Numbered from the stretch's first letter, positions 25,103 through 34,364 are shown. The stretch is 50,296 bases of DNA from Patescibacteria group bacterium (GCA_038228785.1 JBBROZ010000001.1:1-50296); one strand, 5' to 3'. The notes: generated by a model from the letters alone, not told the origin. Numbers and translations are program-made.

Positions 25103-25700
25103 AGGCCGACTCCGCCGTGATTTTGATATGCTCGTGTTTGTTTTGGCCGAATTTTTCTTCGAAGTGCTTGATGGCTACTAGAGCTTTTTCCGGAGAATTA
25201 ACGATCTTAAAAACCTCCAGCTCTTCGGGCCTAAGGCGCATATTCTCCCGGAAACTATCAATAATGTTTTGCCAAAAATCCCCGTACAAGATGAGCGGCT
25301 TATGGTGACCAAAGTAGAGCCTGGCCAGTCCCCAAGCCATGCCAAACTCCGAGACCGTTCCAGTCCCCCCGTTGAAAAATATATACATATGCCCCAACTC
25401 TAGAAGTTTGAGGGTCCGGGCCAGGTAGTTCTCGGTGATGACCTCGTGATCTAAGGGATTGGTCATCATCCGACCTTCGAAGTTACTGATCTGCTTAGGG
25501 TAAAAAGTCACCCCAATCGTCTGTCCGCCACCAGCTTTGGCCCCCAGCGAGGAGGCTTGCATGACACCAGGCCCACCTCCATTGACGATAGTGTAGCCAT
25601 GCTGCGCCAAGAGTTTACCGGTTTCGTAAGCGGCCCGGTACTCAGGGTCAGTTTCAAGCGAAGCGGAGTAACCTAAAAAGGAGATGTTAGTGTGTTCCAA
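25092..25700 (-). CDS. LOG-family (TIGR00730-type) nucleotide phosphoribohydrolase-like protein
   Basis: Carries GGGPGVM and NGGTGTVSE, a variant of PGGxGTxxE. The 202-aa gene overlaps both neighbouring genes. Confidence 0.8.
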   Translation of the reverse strand: MEHTNISFLGYSASLETDPEYRAAYETGKLLAQHGYTIVNGGGPGVMQASSLGAKAGGGQTIGVTFYPKQISNFEGRMMTNPLDHEVITENYLARTLKLLELGHMYIFFNGGTGTVSEFGMAWGLARLYFGHHKPLILYGDFWQNIIDSFRENMRLRPEELEVFKIVNSPEKALVAIKHFEEKFGQNKHEHIKITAESAFEY

Positions 25701-26343
25701 GGGCAGTCCTCAAATCAGCTAATTTCTCACCTATTTTATCAAGCTGGGGCGCTTCCTCGCTACCAAACAAGTATGATCCGACGACCAAACTTCTCGCCCC
25801 CGCCCGCACCATCGTTGGGATAGAGTCGGGAGTTACCGCTCCGTCAATTTGAATAGTCCCGGAAAATCTTTGTTCGCTAATCCAGCGCAGTTTCTCCAGA
25901 GCTTGAGGCTGAAAGCTGGCGCCATAATGACCGGGGATCACCCCCATTACCTGAACTACTGCTACTTCTCCCCACCAATCTCTAGATAAGGCGGGATCAG
26001 AATCGGGGTTGATCACGATGCCAGACTCTAAGCCCAAACTATTGATCAGGTGAACCGCGCCGACTAAACCTGAGCCGATCTCCTGGTGCACTAAGATGCG
26101 CTTGAAGTGCGCCGCCGCCAGGTCCTCGATCCAGCTTAGTGGGTCTGAGACCATCAGGTGGGCTTCTAATTTAAGGGTAGTCGCAGTTCCGCGAAACTGT
26201 TTGGCGGTGATTGATGTAGTCGGGACAAATACCCCGTCCATGAAGTCGATATGGGCCTCGGTAAAGGCGGTCTCGGCGGCCTTAAGTTGGGCCGCTAAAC
26301 TAGATAAGTCGTGGCTTAAAATTGCGGGCAGGATTTTGGTCAC
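25687..26343 (-). CDS. rpe: Ribulose-phosphate 3-epimerase
   Basis: TIM-barrel product with HIDFMDG and HLMV motifs. The product is 218 aa. Confidence 0.88.
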   Translation of the reverse strand: MTKILPAILSHDLSSLAAQLKAAETAFTEAHIDFMDGVFVPTTSITAKQFRGTATTLKLEAHLMVSDPLSWIEDLAAAHFKRILVHQEIGSGLVGAVHLINSLGLESGIVINPDSDPALSRDWWGEVAVVQVMGVIPGHYGASFQPQALEKLRWISEQRFSGTIQIDGAVTPDSIPTMVRAGARSLVVGSYLFGSEEAPQLDKIGEKLADLRTALGTH

Positions 26344-26777
26344 TGCTCTAAATCCTTAATCTCATCCAAGCGCCGCTCGTGCCTCTCCTCACCAGAAAAC
26401 GGAGTTTCAAGCCAAGTCTTAAGGAGCTGTTGCGCCACGTCGTCGGCTTGCAACAAGGCGCCTAAGACCAAGATATTGCTATCGTTGTGCTCACGACTTT
26501 TAGCGGCAGTCAAAGCGTCGACGACTAAAGCGGCCCGGACACCTGGGAATTTGTTGGCGGCAATCGCCATCCCCTCCCCCGTGTCACAGACCAAAATTCC
26601 GCGCCCCGCGCCAGACGAAATCTTCTCGGCCACTGGTTTGGCGTAAAGCGGATAATCGTCCTCCGGATTAAACTGGGCTGGCCCTAAATCTTGAAATTCT
26701 TGGCCCAGCTCGCCAAGCCACGTTTTAATTTTTTCTTTAAGCGCAAAACCAGCGTGATCGCTAGCTAAATACAACAT
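26340..26777 (-). CDS. rpiB: Ribose-5-phosphate isomerase B
   Basis: MLYLASDHAGF aligns with RpiB N-termini. CDTGEGMAIAANK corresponds to the CGTGxG motif. The track ORF begins at GTG 26795, but ATG 26777 fits homologues better. Confidence 0.85.
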   Translation of the reverse strand: MLYLASDHAGFALKEKIKTWLGELGQEFQDLGPAQFNPEDDYPLYAKPVAEKISSGAGRGILVCDTGEGMAIAANKFPGVRAALVVDALTAAKSREHNDSNILVLGALLQADDVAQQLLKTWLETPFSGEERHERRLDEIKDLEQ

Positions 26778-26851
26778 ATATTTCCATGATAACACGGCTA
26801 CTGCCTGATCGCTCCTTGCTCTAAAGGCCGCTAGATCAATACAATTAACAC

Positions 26852-27244
26852 ATGGAAAATAAAGAATTTTTTACCTCGGATGGGAAAATATCGGCCGAAG
26901 TTAGTTTCGTTGACCCGACGGTCGCCCAAACGGTAGTGCGGGGAAACGCCGATGAGGTCTCCTCATCCAGGTACGCTGGATATATCACCCATCTTTTCGA
27001 ATCGGGTGGTCTAGAGGGAATGATCGTCGATGCTACTCAGGCCGGTTCGGTCTCAGTTCAAGCGATCGATATCTTGGCCAAAAGTGATGCTTTGGATTTC
27101 GTCAAAAAAGTTGGGGTGTTTGGAATCAGTAATCCCGTCTTTAGGTTGGCGCTCCAAGCTATCATTAAAGGCTCCGGTCGGGATAATATTCAAATCTTTG
27201 CTACCCGGGACGAGGCGCTCGCCTACATCAAAAGTGGAAACTAG
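26852..27244 (+). CDS. Hypothetical protein, STAS/SpoIIAA-like
   Basis: The 130-aa product has an alpha/beta pattern and the tail IFATRDEALAYI, reminiscent of anti-sigma antagonist folds. The call is tentative. Confidence 0.45.
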   Translation: MENKEFFTSDGKISAEVSFVDPTVAQTVVRGNADEVSSSRYAGYITHLFESGGLEGMIVDATQAGSVSVQAIDILAKSDALDFVKKVGVFGISNPVFRLALQAIIKGSGRDNIQIFATRDEALAYIKSGN

Positions 27245-27947
27245 CGCTAAGTTTCTAAAATCCAAGCCCGAAACCAGTTATGCTACTTCTTTCCTCTTCG
27301 CCAAACCGACCGGTTTCGAGTTCCAGGCCGGACAATTCATGTTTTTCACGCTTCCCCAAGAGGGGGCTGACGAACGTGGTGAGCGCCGGCATTTTACAAT
27401 CTCATCTTCACCGACGGAAGAACATCTCATGTTTACCACCAAATTTAGCGACCCTGGATCTAGCTTCAAGCGCTCTCTCAAAGTCTTAGCGAGCGGAACC
27501 GAGGTTGCCGCACGTGGTCCGCACGGAGAATTTACCCTGCCCCCCGACACTGCGCGACCCTTAGTCTTCCTAGGAGGTGGAATTGGGATCACCCCGTTTC
27601 GCTCGATGGCTAAATTCGCCGCCGACACCGCAATGCCCACGCCGATAACGCTGATATATGCCAACAAATCTCCAGCCGATATCGTTTACCGGGGGGAGTT
27701 CGACCAGTTGGCGAAGATTAATCCCAACTTTAAGGCTGTTTACACAGTTGATAATCCGGACCAGGGATGGACCGGGGCCGTCGGGCACTTAAGTGCCGAG
27801 CTGATCACTAAAAATGTGGCTGATCTAAAGGCGACAGTTTTCTACATCTGCGGACCGGCCGGGATGATTGAAGCCTACACCAGTATCTTGTCTGGGATAG
27901 GCGTGGGACCCGACCAGGTCCGCACTGAGAATTTCTCAGGTTACTAA
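27234..27947 (+). CDS. FNR-type FAD/NAD(P)-binding oxidoreductase
   Basis: RHFTISS is an RxYS-type FAD motif and GGGIGITP is the NAD(P) motif. The start is set at GTG 27234, because the longer ORF from 27030 lies inside the previous gene. Confidence 0.75.
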   Translation: METSAKFLKSKPETSYATSFLFAKPTGFEFQAGQFMFFTLPQEGADERGERRHFTISSSPTEEHLMFTTKFSDPGSSFKRSLKVLASGTEVAARGPHGEFTLPPDTARPLVFLGGGIGITPFRSMAKFAADTAMPTPITLIYANKSPADIVYRGEFDQLAKINPNFKAVYTVDNPDQGWTGAVGHLSAELITKNVADLKATVFYICGPAGMIEAYTSILSGIGVGPDQVRTENFSGY

Positions 27948-27949
27948 AC

Positions 27950-28249
27950 TTACTTTAGCTCTTTTTTGGCTTTGGACTTGATCTCTTCGCTTTTACTCTC
28001 AGCCTCTAGTTTGACGTCCGAAGCGTAGCTTGGGATCTGGCTTTTCAGTTCTTGGAGTTTGCCGTGGGCTTCTGGAGAAACTTCTTTGAGCTTATCTTCA
28101 GCCATTTGGCTCATCTCACTGACTTTATCGCTAACTTTCTTACGATTTTCTTCTTTGGAGAGGTAAGCAGCGGCTACACCAGCGGCGGCTCCGATCGCGG
28201 CGGCCCCAGCGATACCTAGTCCAGCTTTGTTATCTTTTTTGTTTGGCAT
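27950..28249 (-). CDS. YtxH-like membrane-anchored stress protein
   Basis: The start is ATG 28249, preceded by GGTGAGGAAA. A Gly/Ala-rich TM segment (GLGIAGAAAIGAAAGVAAA) is followed by a charged coiled coil. Confidence 0.65.
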   Translation of the reverse strand: MPNKKDNKAGLGIAGAAAIGAAAGVAAAYLSKEENRKKVSDKVSEMSQMAEDKLKEVSPEAHGKLQELKSQIPSYASDVKLEAESKSEEIKSKAKKELK

Positions 28250-28466
28250 TTTCCTCACCCCCTTTCGGTGTGAATAAACTAACAAATTTAAGAATTCCAG
28301 TAATTGGGCCACGCAGGGCGTACCGAGTGGTACTTTCCAAGTCTTGGCTGACTGACTCGGCGTGATCCAAGATCGGCCAAGTCTTAGAGAGGGTAAAAAC
28401 AAGGGCTCCCGAGAGCCCTAAGATACTTATTCCGATCGCAACGAACATAAAGTCCTGCCAACTCAT
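28230..28466 (-). CDS. DUF948-like single-TM protein
   Basis: Has an N-terminal TM helix and a helical tail. The Shine-Dalgarno sequence AGGAGG lies 5 nt upstream of the ATG. The gene is adjacent to the YtxH-like gene, as in Firmicutes. Confidence 0.5.
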   Translation of the reverse strand: MSWQDFMFVAIGISILGLSGALVFTLSKTWPILDHAESVSQDLESTTRYALRGPITGILKFVSLFTPKGGEENAKQKR

Positions 28467-28478
28467 ACTAACCTCCTG

Positions 28479-28559
28479 TTAATGGCCGACGCCTAGTAAA
28501 AAGAGCAGGATTAGAATACCGATGGGAGCTCCCAGTAACCACAGAATAATCAGTGGCAT
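28479..28559 (-). CDS. 26-aa hydrophobic micro-protein (not in the ORF track)
   Basis: ATG 28559 is preceded by GGAG. The product is MPLIILWLLGAPIGILILLFLLGVGH followed by TAA. The gene is wedged between the YggT-like and DUF948-like genes. Confidence 0.4.
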   Translation of the reverse strand: MPLIILWLLGAPIGILILLFLLGVGH

Positions 28560-28580
28560 AATAAATTACTCCTTTCTGCC

Positions 28581-28928
28581 CTACCTAGTAACTAGTCTGA
28601 CTAATTGGGCGACACCAGTCGTAATAAGGGCCCACACCACCATGGCCACCAGCGTTTCGGTCTCAAGACGTCCGGTCCCGAAAGTTGGGGTGGAATTAAA
28701 TATTCCAAAAAACGGGGCGACTAAGGGGTGGCTGACCCGGTACATCAGGTCAACAAATGGGGTGCCTTGGTTAGCGCCCAGAAACTGCAGGATCAGTCGG
28801 ATGGCTAGGATCGATTCGATCACGCCACCGATGTAGTAGATTATCTGGTTGACCTTCCAGGATGAATAAGATCCAGGCTCGGACTCGGGGGTAGTTTCAA
28901 CGACGCGCTCAGTAACGATTTCGCTCAT
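28581..28928 (-). CDS. YggT-family membrane protein
   Basis: The start is ATG 28928, preceded by AAAGGAGG. The two-TM YGGT pattern reads IESILAIRLILQFLGAN...PFF. Confidence 0.7.
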   Translation of the reverse strand: MSEIVTERVVETTPESEPGSYSSWKVNQIIYYIGGVIESILAIRLILQFLGANQGTPFVDLMYRVSHPLVAPFFGIFNSTPTFGTGRLETETLVAMVVWALITTGVAQLVRLVTR

Positions 28929-29146
28929 GTGGCCTCCTTTAGCCAAGTAACTGTGTACTTGGTTGTAAGATAATGCTACACCTTTATTATATGGTTAGTC
29001 AATATGTTAACAAATACGCTTTTAGATTTGAGGTCTTCTCTGGCTAAAGTAGGTATGGGATAGTATAATCTGGAACGCGCGAGGATCGTTCCGCTGTAAA
29101 TCCCTCTCTTCTATCGGGCTTTGCTGCGGAAAATAGCGCACTATTT

Positions 29147-29221
29147 TCCGCTGTAGCTCAATGGTAGAGCAGTTGACTGTTAATCAATTGGTTGGAGGTT
29201 CGAATCCTCCCGGCGGAGCCA
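29147..29221 (+). tRNA. tRNA-Asn(GTT)
   Basis: Hand-folded as TCCGCTG-TA-GCTC-AATGGTA-GAGC-A-GTTGA-CTGTTAA-TCAAT-TGGTT-GGAGG-TTCGAAT-CCTCC-CGGCGGA-G-CCA. Confidence 0.9.
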
Positions 29222-29229
29222 AGCATAAG

Positions 29230-29259
29230 CACTTTGCAAAAGCAGAGTGTTTTTGTTTT
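29230..29259 (+). terminator. Intrinsic terminator after tRNA-Asn
   Basis: CACTTTGC-AAAA-GCAGAGTG (8 bp including one G.U) is followed by TTTTTGTTTT. Confidence 0.7.
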
Positions 29260-29282
29260 CATAACGCGCGTAAAATACATCT

Positions 29283-29534
29283 ATGCTCAAAAAAGAACTT
29301 TCTGACGGAACAATACATAAGCTACCACCAGATTTACAAAAAGCTATTATTTCCTCACCCAAAGCACGGTTTGCCTGGGAAGATATTACGCCAATCGCCC
29401 GTAGTGAGTGGATCTGTTGGGTAGAGTCCGTCAAGAAGCCAGAGACGAGGGATCTTCATATTAAAAGGGTGCCTGAGGAACTTAGGGCCGGAAAGCGCCG
29501 ACCCTGTTGTTGGGTCGGCTGCACCCATCGTTGA
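29283..29534 (+). CDS. YdeI/OmpD-associated-family-like small protein
   Basis: The 83-aa product has ARSEWICWVESVKKPETR and a C-terminal RRPCCWVGCTHR. The family call is from memory and tentative. Confidence 0.5.
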   Translation: MLKKELSDGTIHKLPPDLQKAIISSPKARFAWEDITPIARSEWICWVESVKKPETRDLHIKRVPEELRAGKRRPCCWVGCTHR

Positions 29535-29782
29535 AATAGATTTGTTGCGAAGGCCGTCCACAAGAGCGCCCCAGTTAGCTATTTTTTCAGTATTCTAAAA
29601 ATATTAGGCTGCTACAGTAGCCATCTTGGCTGTTGCTTGTAGGTTAGGGGAAAATGTGTGCTAAGCTTCGCATGTCATCAAATACCTGCCTTCAGAAGCA
29701 TCGATCTGCTAGCAAGAATCACCGCTTTAACTCTTACTACCAACTTCATACTCCTAAAAATTTTAATGATTAGAGAGGAACT

Positions 29783-30019
29783 GTGGCCAAAAAGTTAGTC
29801 CTCACTAACCTCACGGTAGGCGTCACCGAAGCCATGATCCGTAACTTCCTGTTTAATCAGGGAGAGATCAGGTCCGTCGAGTTAAATCCGCCCCGAGACC
29901 GCCAGCAAGCTTACGCTTACGTCACCATAAACCGGGAACAGGACGCCGCTAACATTGTCAGAAAGTTTAACGGTCAGCCGCTTCTAGGTCAGGAAATTTC
30001 GATCTCTAGAATGTCCTAG
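29783..30019 (+). CDS. RRM-type RNA-binding protein
   Basis: GTG start preceded by GAGAGGA. It has an RNP2-like KLVLTNL and an RNP1-like QAYAYVTI. The product is 78 aa. Confidence 0.65.
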   Translation: MAKKLVLTNLTVGVTEAMIRNFLFNQGEIRSVELNPPRDRQQAYAYVTINREQDAANIVRKFNGQPLLGQEISISRMS

Positions 30020-30028
30020 ACCAAGGTT

Positions 30029-30265
30029 ATGATTCGTTCAGTTATAGGAAGGTTAGAATCTAAAATTATGAAAACTCTAAAAGAACGCGCTTTAATCCCA
30101 GATTCGCTGTGCAACTTTGAAGCGACCGCTGAGACCAACGAGCAGATCCAGATCCTCTTCGCCGTTCATTTTAATGTGGATCACGCCGCTCAGCGCGCCC
30201 TGATGTCTCCCGCCTACCTGAGAACGGTCGACCAAAGGGCTTTTGACCTGCTTTCCAAAATGTAG
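30029..30265 (+). CDS. Hypothetical small protein
   Basis: A 78-aa ORF with an alternative ATG at 30068. No recognisable motif and no strong Shine-Dalgarno sequence. Confidence 0.35.
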   Translation: MIRSVIGRLESKIMKTLKERALIPDSLCNFEATAETNEQIQILFAVHFNVDHAAQRALMSPAYLRTVDQRAFDLLSKM

Positions 30266-30283
30266 CTGACTAGAAATTTGATA

Positions 30284-30688
30284 TTAGTCGGTAGCCAGGC
30301 CTTGACGGTCTTTGAGCTTGTACATGAACTTCATGGCGCTCCAATTGTTGTCAATTGAAGCTATCTTCACGTCCACTAACCCGGTCGAGAGACCGATTTT
30401 ACGAACCACCACGTCTGTTAGATCCGTTTCCAAACTCGATGATTTCTTGGGCCAGGAAATCCAGAGCATCCCGTTTAGCGTCAAGGCCCCCTTGAGGCGA
30501 GAGATCTCACGCTTCAGCTCCTCCTGGGTGGTGGTGAAGAAATGAACGAAGTAAGTCCTAGGGCGCAGGTGCTGTTGGGCCTTAAACTGCGGGTCGATCC
30601 CCATCTGCAGGAGATAATCAGCCGGGGCGTTTAGGAAACACGATTTACTATCGCTCCTCAAACCTAATTTTTCAGGTAAAGCTTTCAT
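30284..30688 (-). CDS. DUF3052-like protein
   Basis: The 134-aa product shows the pattern LGLRSDSKSCFLNAP...GMLWISWPKK, typical of that family as I recall it. It lies 1 nt downstream of rpoD. Confidence 0.5.
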   Translation of the reverse strand: MKALPEKLGLRSDSKSCFLNAPADYLLQMGIDPQFKAQQHLRPRTYFVHFFTTTQEELKREISRLKGALTLNGMLWISWPKKSSSLETDLTDVVVRKIGLSTGLVDVKIASIDNNWSAMKFMYKLKDRQGLATD

Positions 30689-30689
30689 T

Positions 30690-31802
30690 TTATTCTAGAT
30701 AATCCTTCAGCTTCTTACTACGGGTCGGGTGGCGCAGTTTACGTAGGGCTTTGGCCTCGATCTGTCTGATCCGCTCTCTAGTGACGCCAAATTCCTTACC
30801 GACTTCTTCTAAGGTCCTTTGTCGGCCATCTTCTAGTCCGAAGCGCAACTTCAAAACTTTTTTCTCGCGGTCATTTAGGGTATCTAGAACTTCCCCAACT
30901 TGCTCTTTAAGAAGCTCGTGGGAGGCCGCGTCCTCGGGTCTAGCTCCGGTCTCTTCGTCGGGGATGAAGTCTCCCAGGGTCGAGTCCTTCTCTACTCCCA
31001 CGGGAGCTTCCAGGGAGGTTGGCTCTTGGGAGACTTTTTTGATCTCGCGGACTTTCTCCAGATCAATTTCCATCTCTTTGGCCACTTCCTCGTCGGTGGG
31101 CTCTCGTCCCAAATCCTGCATCAGCTTACGACTGGTTCTGAAAAAACGGTTGATCGTCTCGACCATATGGACCGGAATCCGAATAGTTCTAGCTTGGTCG
31201 GCGATCGCCCGGGTGATAGCTTGTCTAATCCACCAGGTAGCGTAGGTCGAGAACTTGAAACCTTTTTTGTAGTCGAATTTCTCGACCGCACGGATCAGGC
31301 CAATGTTGCCTTCTTGAATTAGATCCAAGAGGGATAGCCCACGTCCAACGTATTTCTTGGCGATAGACACGACCAGTCGCAGGTTGGCTTGGGTTAGCGC
31401 TTCAGTCGCATCGAGCGCTCCACGCTCGATCGCTTTGGCCAGGGTCACTTCCTGAGCGGCGGTGAGCAGAGGGATCTTGCCGATTTCGCGTAAATACATC
31501 CGCACCGGATCGGTAATGATCGTCTCTTCCATCGTACCCATACTCTCGAGCTCTTTTTCAAGCACCGTGGCTGGCTTCTCGGCCTCTTTCTCGTCTTCGG
31601 AAGTTGGGGACTCGAAAACATCGATCCCCTCGTCCATTAGCATGGCGTAGAGTTCGTCTAAAGCTTCCAGGTCCTCCTCGGCATTCGGGAAGATGGCCAG
31701 AATCTGCTCTTGGGTCACGAAACCGTGCTCTCGTCCGGTAGCGACGAGGCTTTTGACTTGCGGGGAATCAATTAGGCTCTGGGGTTTGCGTCGTCTAGGC
31801 AC
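30690..31802 (-). CDS. rpoD: RNA polymerase sigma factor RpoD (sigma-70)
   Basis: Region 2 carries [36 protein letters not shown]. Region 4.2 carries [20 protein letters not shown]. Confidence 0.95.
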   Translation of the reverse strand: MPRRRKPQSLIDSPQVKSLVATGREHGFVTQEQILAIFPNAEEDLEALDELYAMLMDEGIDVFESPTSEDEKEAEKPATVLEKELESMGTMEETIITDPVRMYLREIGKIPLLTAAQEVTLAKAIERGALDATEALTQANLRLVVSIAKKYVGRGLSLLDLIQEGNIGLIRAVEKFDYKKGFKFSTYATWWIRQAITRAIADQARTIRIPVHMVETINRFFRTSRKLMQDLGREPTDEEVAKEMEIDLEKVREIKKVSQEPTSLEAPVGVEKDSTLGDFIPDEETGARPEDAASHELLKEQVGEVLDTLNDREKKVLKLRFGLEDGRQRTLEEVGKEFGVTRERIRQIEAKALRKLRHPTRSKKLKDYLE

Positions 31803-33588
31803 TAGTTACCTCCAATGCAGCCAACTTGGTACTAAGTTGGCGAAATTTACCGCTCAGTTTCGTTACTTGCTCGTCTTGTCCCGAGGCTTCAGCCTGCTTG
31901 ATCATAAGCCCAAGTTTGCGCAGGAATCGTCTCAGGCTACTCCGCCTAAGCTCACGGGCGGTTTGGATCAGCAGCTTTAACTCGAGCTCTTCGTCTAATT
32001 CCTCTTCGGGACGAAGCGTCAGTAAGATATCATCGAACTCCTTTAGGGCCTCCGGGGACAGCTTACTAACAACCGCATGTGTATCAAATTTCGCCTTGAC
32101 AGTCAAGCTGGCGTCCTCTTGTGGGGGGTCTGGAAAGACTTTTAGGAGCTCTTTATAGATCTTGGCCAGGTGTTCCCCAGTGAAGTCGTCGACGATGAGA
32201 AGAGTCGAACGAAGACGAAGTTCCAGAGTCAATTTGAGCATCTCTTCTTCCAGCTGAATCTGACGACTCTTGGCTTCGCGCTCTTTGGGGGCACTGGACG
32301 GGGCCGAAATTTTATCTGGCTCGGCCAATTTGGACAAAGCCGTCTCCAAATCTTTTTCATCAAGACCGAGCTTGGTCGCGACTAGTTTGAGATAATGTCC
32401 GCGCAGGATCGGATCGGTGATTTTCTTGATGATGGGAAGGATCTCTCTGGCAATTTTTCGTTTACCCTCAGGAGAGGTGGCGTCAGCTTTCTGAAAGGCC
32501 GAGTCCAAGTAAAAGTCATAGATCGGGGTCGCTCTGGCGACTGCCTCGCTCCAAGCTTTGGCCGAGAGTTTGATCATCTCATCCGGGTCTTTACCCATCA
32601 GATGGACCACTCGAATATTGAGCCCCGCATCCTCGGCCAGATCGATCCCGCGTCTGGTGGCAGCGTCTCCAGCCAGATCAGCGTCAAAGGCCAAGGCGGC
32701 CGTTTCGCTAAAGCGCATCAGCTGCGCTACTTGACCCGCCGTCAAGGCGGTCCCGAGCGGAGCTACGACATTCTTGACGCCGGCTTGGTGACTACTAAGC
32801 ACGTCAACGTTACCCTCAACCAGTACGGCCAGGTTAGCTTTTTTGATCTCATTTTTGGCCAAGTCCATGCCAAACAGAATATTTGATTTTTGGTAAACCA
32901 CCGAGTCAGGTGAATTCATATATTTGGGCTCACCTTCGCCTAAAATCCGCCCCGAAAACCCAACAACCCGACCAGTGATATCGCGAATTGGGAACATGAT
33001 CCGACCGCGAAAGCGGTCGTACGGAAGCTTGCCGCGCTCACTCGGTACCCCCAAACCGGTTGAGATCACTTCATCTTTGGTGTAGCCTTTGGCCGCTAAG
33101 GCCTTGGTCACGACTTCCCACTGATTGGGAGCGTAGCCTAGTCCCCAAGTTTTGATGGTGCTCATACTCAGACCACGTTTTTTGAGGTAATCTAGGGCTA
33201 CTTTGCCGGAGGGGTGCTCTAGTAAAATAGTTTGGTAAAATTTGGCCGCCATCGCCTGGGCTTCTAACACCTTTTCGCGTAAGTTGGCCTGAGGAGAGGG
33301 ACGATACTCCTTTAGCTCGATCCCGGCCCGCTTGGCCAAGACCCGTAAGGCCTCGGGAAACTCTAGTCCATCGGCCTCTTGCAGGAACGCGAACACGTCG
33401 CCCCCTTTGCCACATCCGAAACACTTGAAGATACCCCGGTCGGGGTTAACCATGAAGCTTGGAGTTTTTTCGGTGTGAAATGGGCACAAGCCCTTGTAGT
33501 TACGTCCGGCTTTTTTTAGTGGGACATAGTCAGAAACTAAATCTAGGATATCGACCCGTTTTTTGATGTCGTCAATCTGGCTGTCCAT
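31795..33588 (-). CDS. dnaG: DNA primase DnaG
   Basis: The zinc ribbon is [37 protein letters not shown] region (VLVEGNVDV) is present. It overlaps rpoD by 8 nt, the classic dnaG-rpoD operon arrangement. Confidence 0.93.
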   Translation of the reverse strand: MDSQIDDIKKRVDILDLVSDYVPLKKAGRNYKGLCPFHTEKTPSFMVNPDRGIFKCFGCGKGGDVFAFLQEADGLEFPEALRVLAKRAGIELKEYRPSPQANLREKVLEAQAMAAKFYQTILLEHPSGKVALDYLKKRGLSMSTIKTWGLGYAPNQWEVVTKALAAKGYTKDEVISTGLGVPSERGKLPYDRFRGRIMFPIRDITGRVVGFSGRILGEGEPKYMNSPDSVVYQKSNILFGMDLAKNEIKKANLAVLVEGNVDVLSSHQAGVKNVVAPLGTALTAGQVAQLMRFSETAALAFDADLAGDAATRRGIDLAEDAGLNIRVVHLMGKDPDEMIKLSAKAWSEAVARATPIYDFYLDSAFQKADATSPEGKRKIAREILPIIKKITDPILRGHYLKLVATKLGLDEKDLETALSKLAEPDKISAPSSAPKEREAKSRQIQLEEEMLKLTLELRLRSTLLIVDDFTGEHLAKIYKELLKVFPDPPQEDASLTVKAKFDTHAVVSKLSPEALKEFDDILLTLRPEEELDEELELKLLIQTARELRRSSLRRFLRKLGLMIKQAEASGQDEQVTKLSGKFRQLSTKLAALEVTSA

Positions 33589-33720
33589 GTCTTACCTCGG
33601 CAGGATAATAAGTGAGTGGCAATATCTTAACAGATCTGAGGATTTTATCAAATGAGACCCAACTCATACCTACTTTGGCGGGGTGTTTACGGAAAAATCC
33701 GAACTGATCTCGCCAAAAAC

Positions 33721-34086
33721 TTACTCGGCGGGTTTTGTTGCGCCCGAGAGCTCAAGGAGTACATTCGGCTCATCTCCCACGACCCACGCATCGTGTCCGG
33801 GTTGGATGATTGCGAGGTCACCCGGGCCAAACTCTAATTCGGTGCCATCGTTCATGACCACTTTTTGTCGACCTGAGAGAAAGTACTTAACATGATACTT
33901 CTGACAACTATCGGTTTTTACCACTGGCTTCACATGTTCCGACCATTTCCATCCTGGCTCGAGCGTTTCGCGATGTACCACCAGCCCGCCGATAGTTACC
34001 GTTTCGATGGTTCCCTTGGCGAAGGGCTTTTTTGTCTCATCGGGGACTGTAAAACTCTTCTTTATAATTTCTTTAATATTTTTCAC
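33721..34086 (-). CDS. Cupin-domain protein
   Basis: The 121-aa beta-barrel pattern carries the H-containing motifs HRETLEPGWKWSEH and GDLAIIQPGHDAWV. Confidence 0.7.
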   Translation of the reverse strand: MKNIKEIIKKSFTVPDETKKPFAKGTIETVTIGGLVVHRETLEPGWKWSEHVKPVVKTDSCQKYHVKYFLSGRQKVVMNDGTELEFGPGDLAIIQPGHDAWVVGDEPNVLLELSGATKPAE

Positions 34087-34192
34087 CTCCTTTCTTATTT
34101 ATCGTATTTACTTTTCGACCTTTGTTATAGACGAGTTCAAGTTTTTCTTTGGAGGAAAATTCTTCTACCGTCCGGTGAGATTACTACAAGGC

Positions 34193-34282
34193 TGGCGGAA
34201 GGGGAGGGATTCGAACCCTCGAGACCTTGCGGCCTACGCGCTTTCCAAGCGCGCGCACTCGACCGGGCTATGCGACCCTTCC
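34193..34282 (-). tRNA. tRNA-Ser(GGA)
   Basis: Type II tRNA with acceptor GGAAGGG, anticodon loop TTGGAAA, a long variable arm, T arm GAGGG-TTCGAAT-CCCTC and an encoded CCA. Confidence 0.9.
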
Positions 34283-34288
34283 ACGAAT

Positions 34289-34364
34289 TGGCACCCTCGA
34301 GAGGACTCGAACCTCCGACCTTCAGGTTCGGAACCTGACGTTCTATCCACTGAACTACGAGGGC
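34289..34364 (-). tRNA. tRNA-Arg(CCG)
   Basis: Hand-folded as GCCCTCG-TA-GTTC-AGTGGATA-GAAC-G-TCAGG-TTCCGAA-CCTGA-AGGTC-GGAGG-TTCGAGT-CCTCT-CGAGGGT-G-CCA, with a G1.U72 pair. Confidence 0.85.

Noticed and set aside
27030-27233. 5' extension of the FNR-type ORF (track start 27030)
   Set aside because: The extension lies entirely inside the preceding STAS-like gene in another frame and has no homology to the FAD-binding domain. GTG 27234 gives a normal-length protein.
30751-31322. Long antisense ORFs inside rpoD, with similar cases in polA (12708-13091), dnaG (32395-32886), ftsH (13271-14521) and the hydrolase (47153-47500)
   Set aside because: They are shadow ORFs opposite strongly supported genes, with Ser/Arg/Leu-rich compositions typical of antisense frames.
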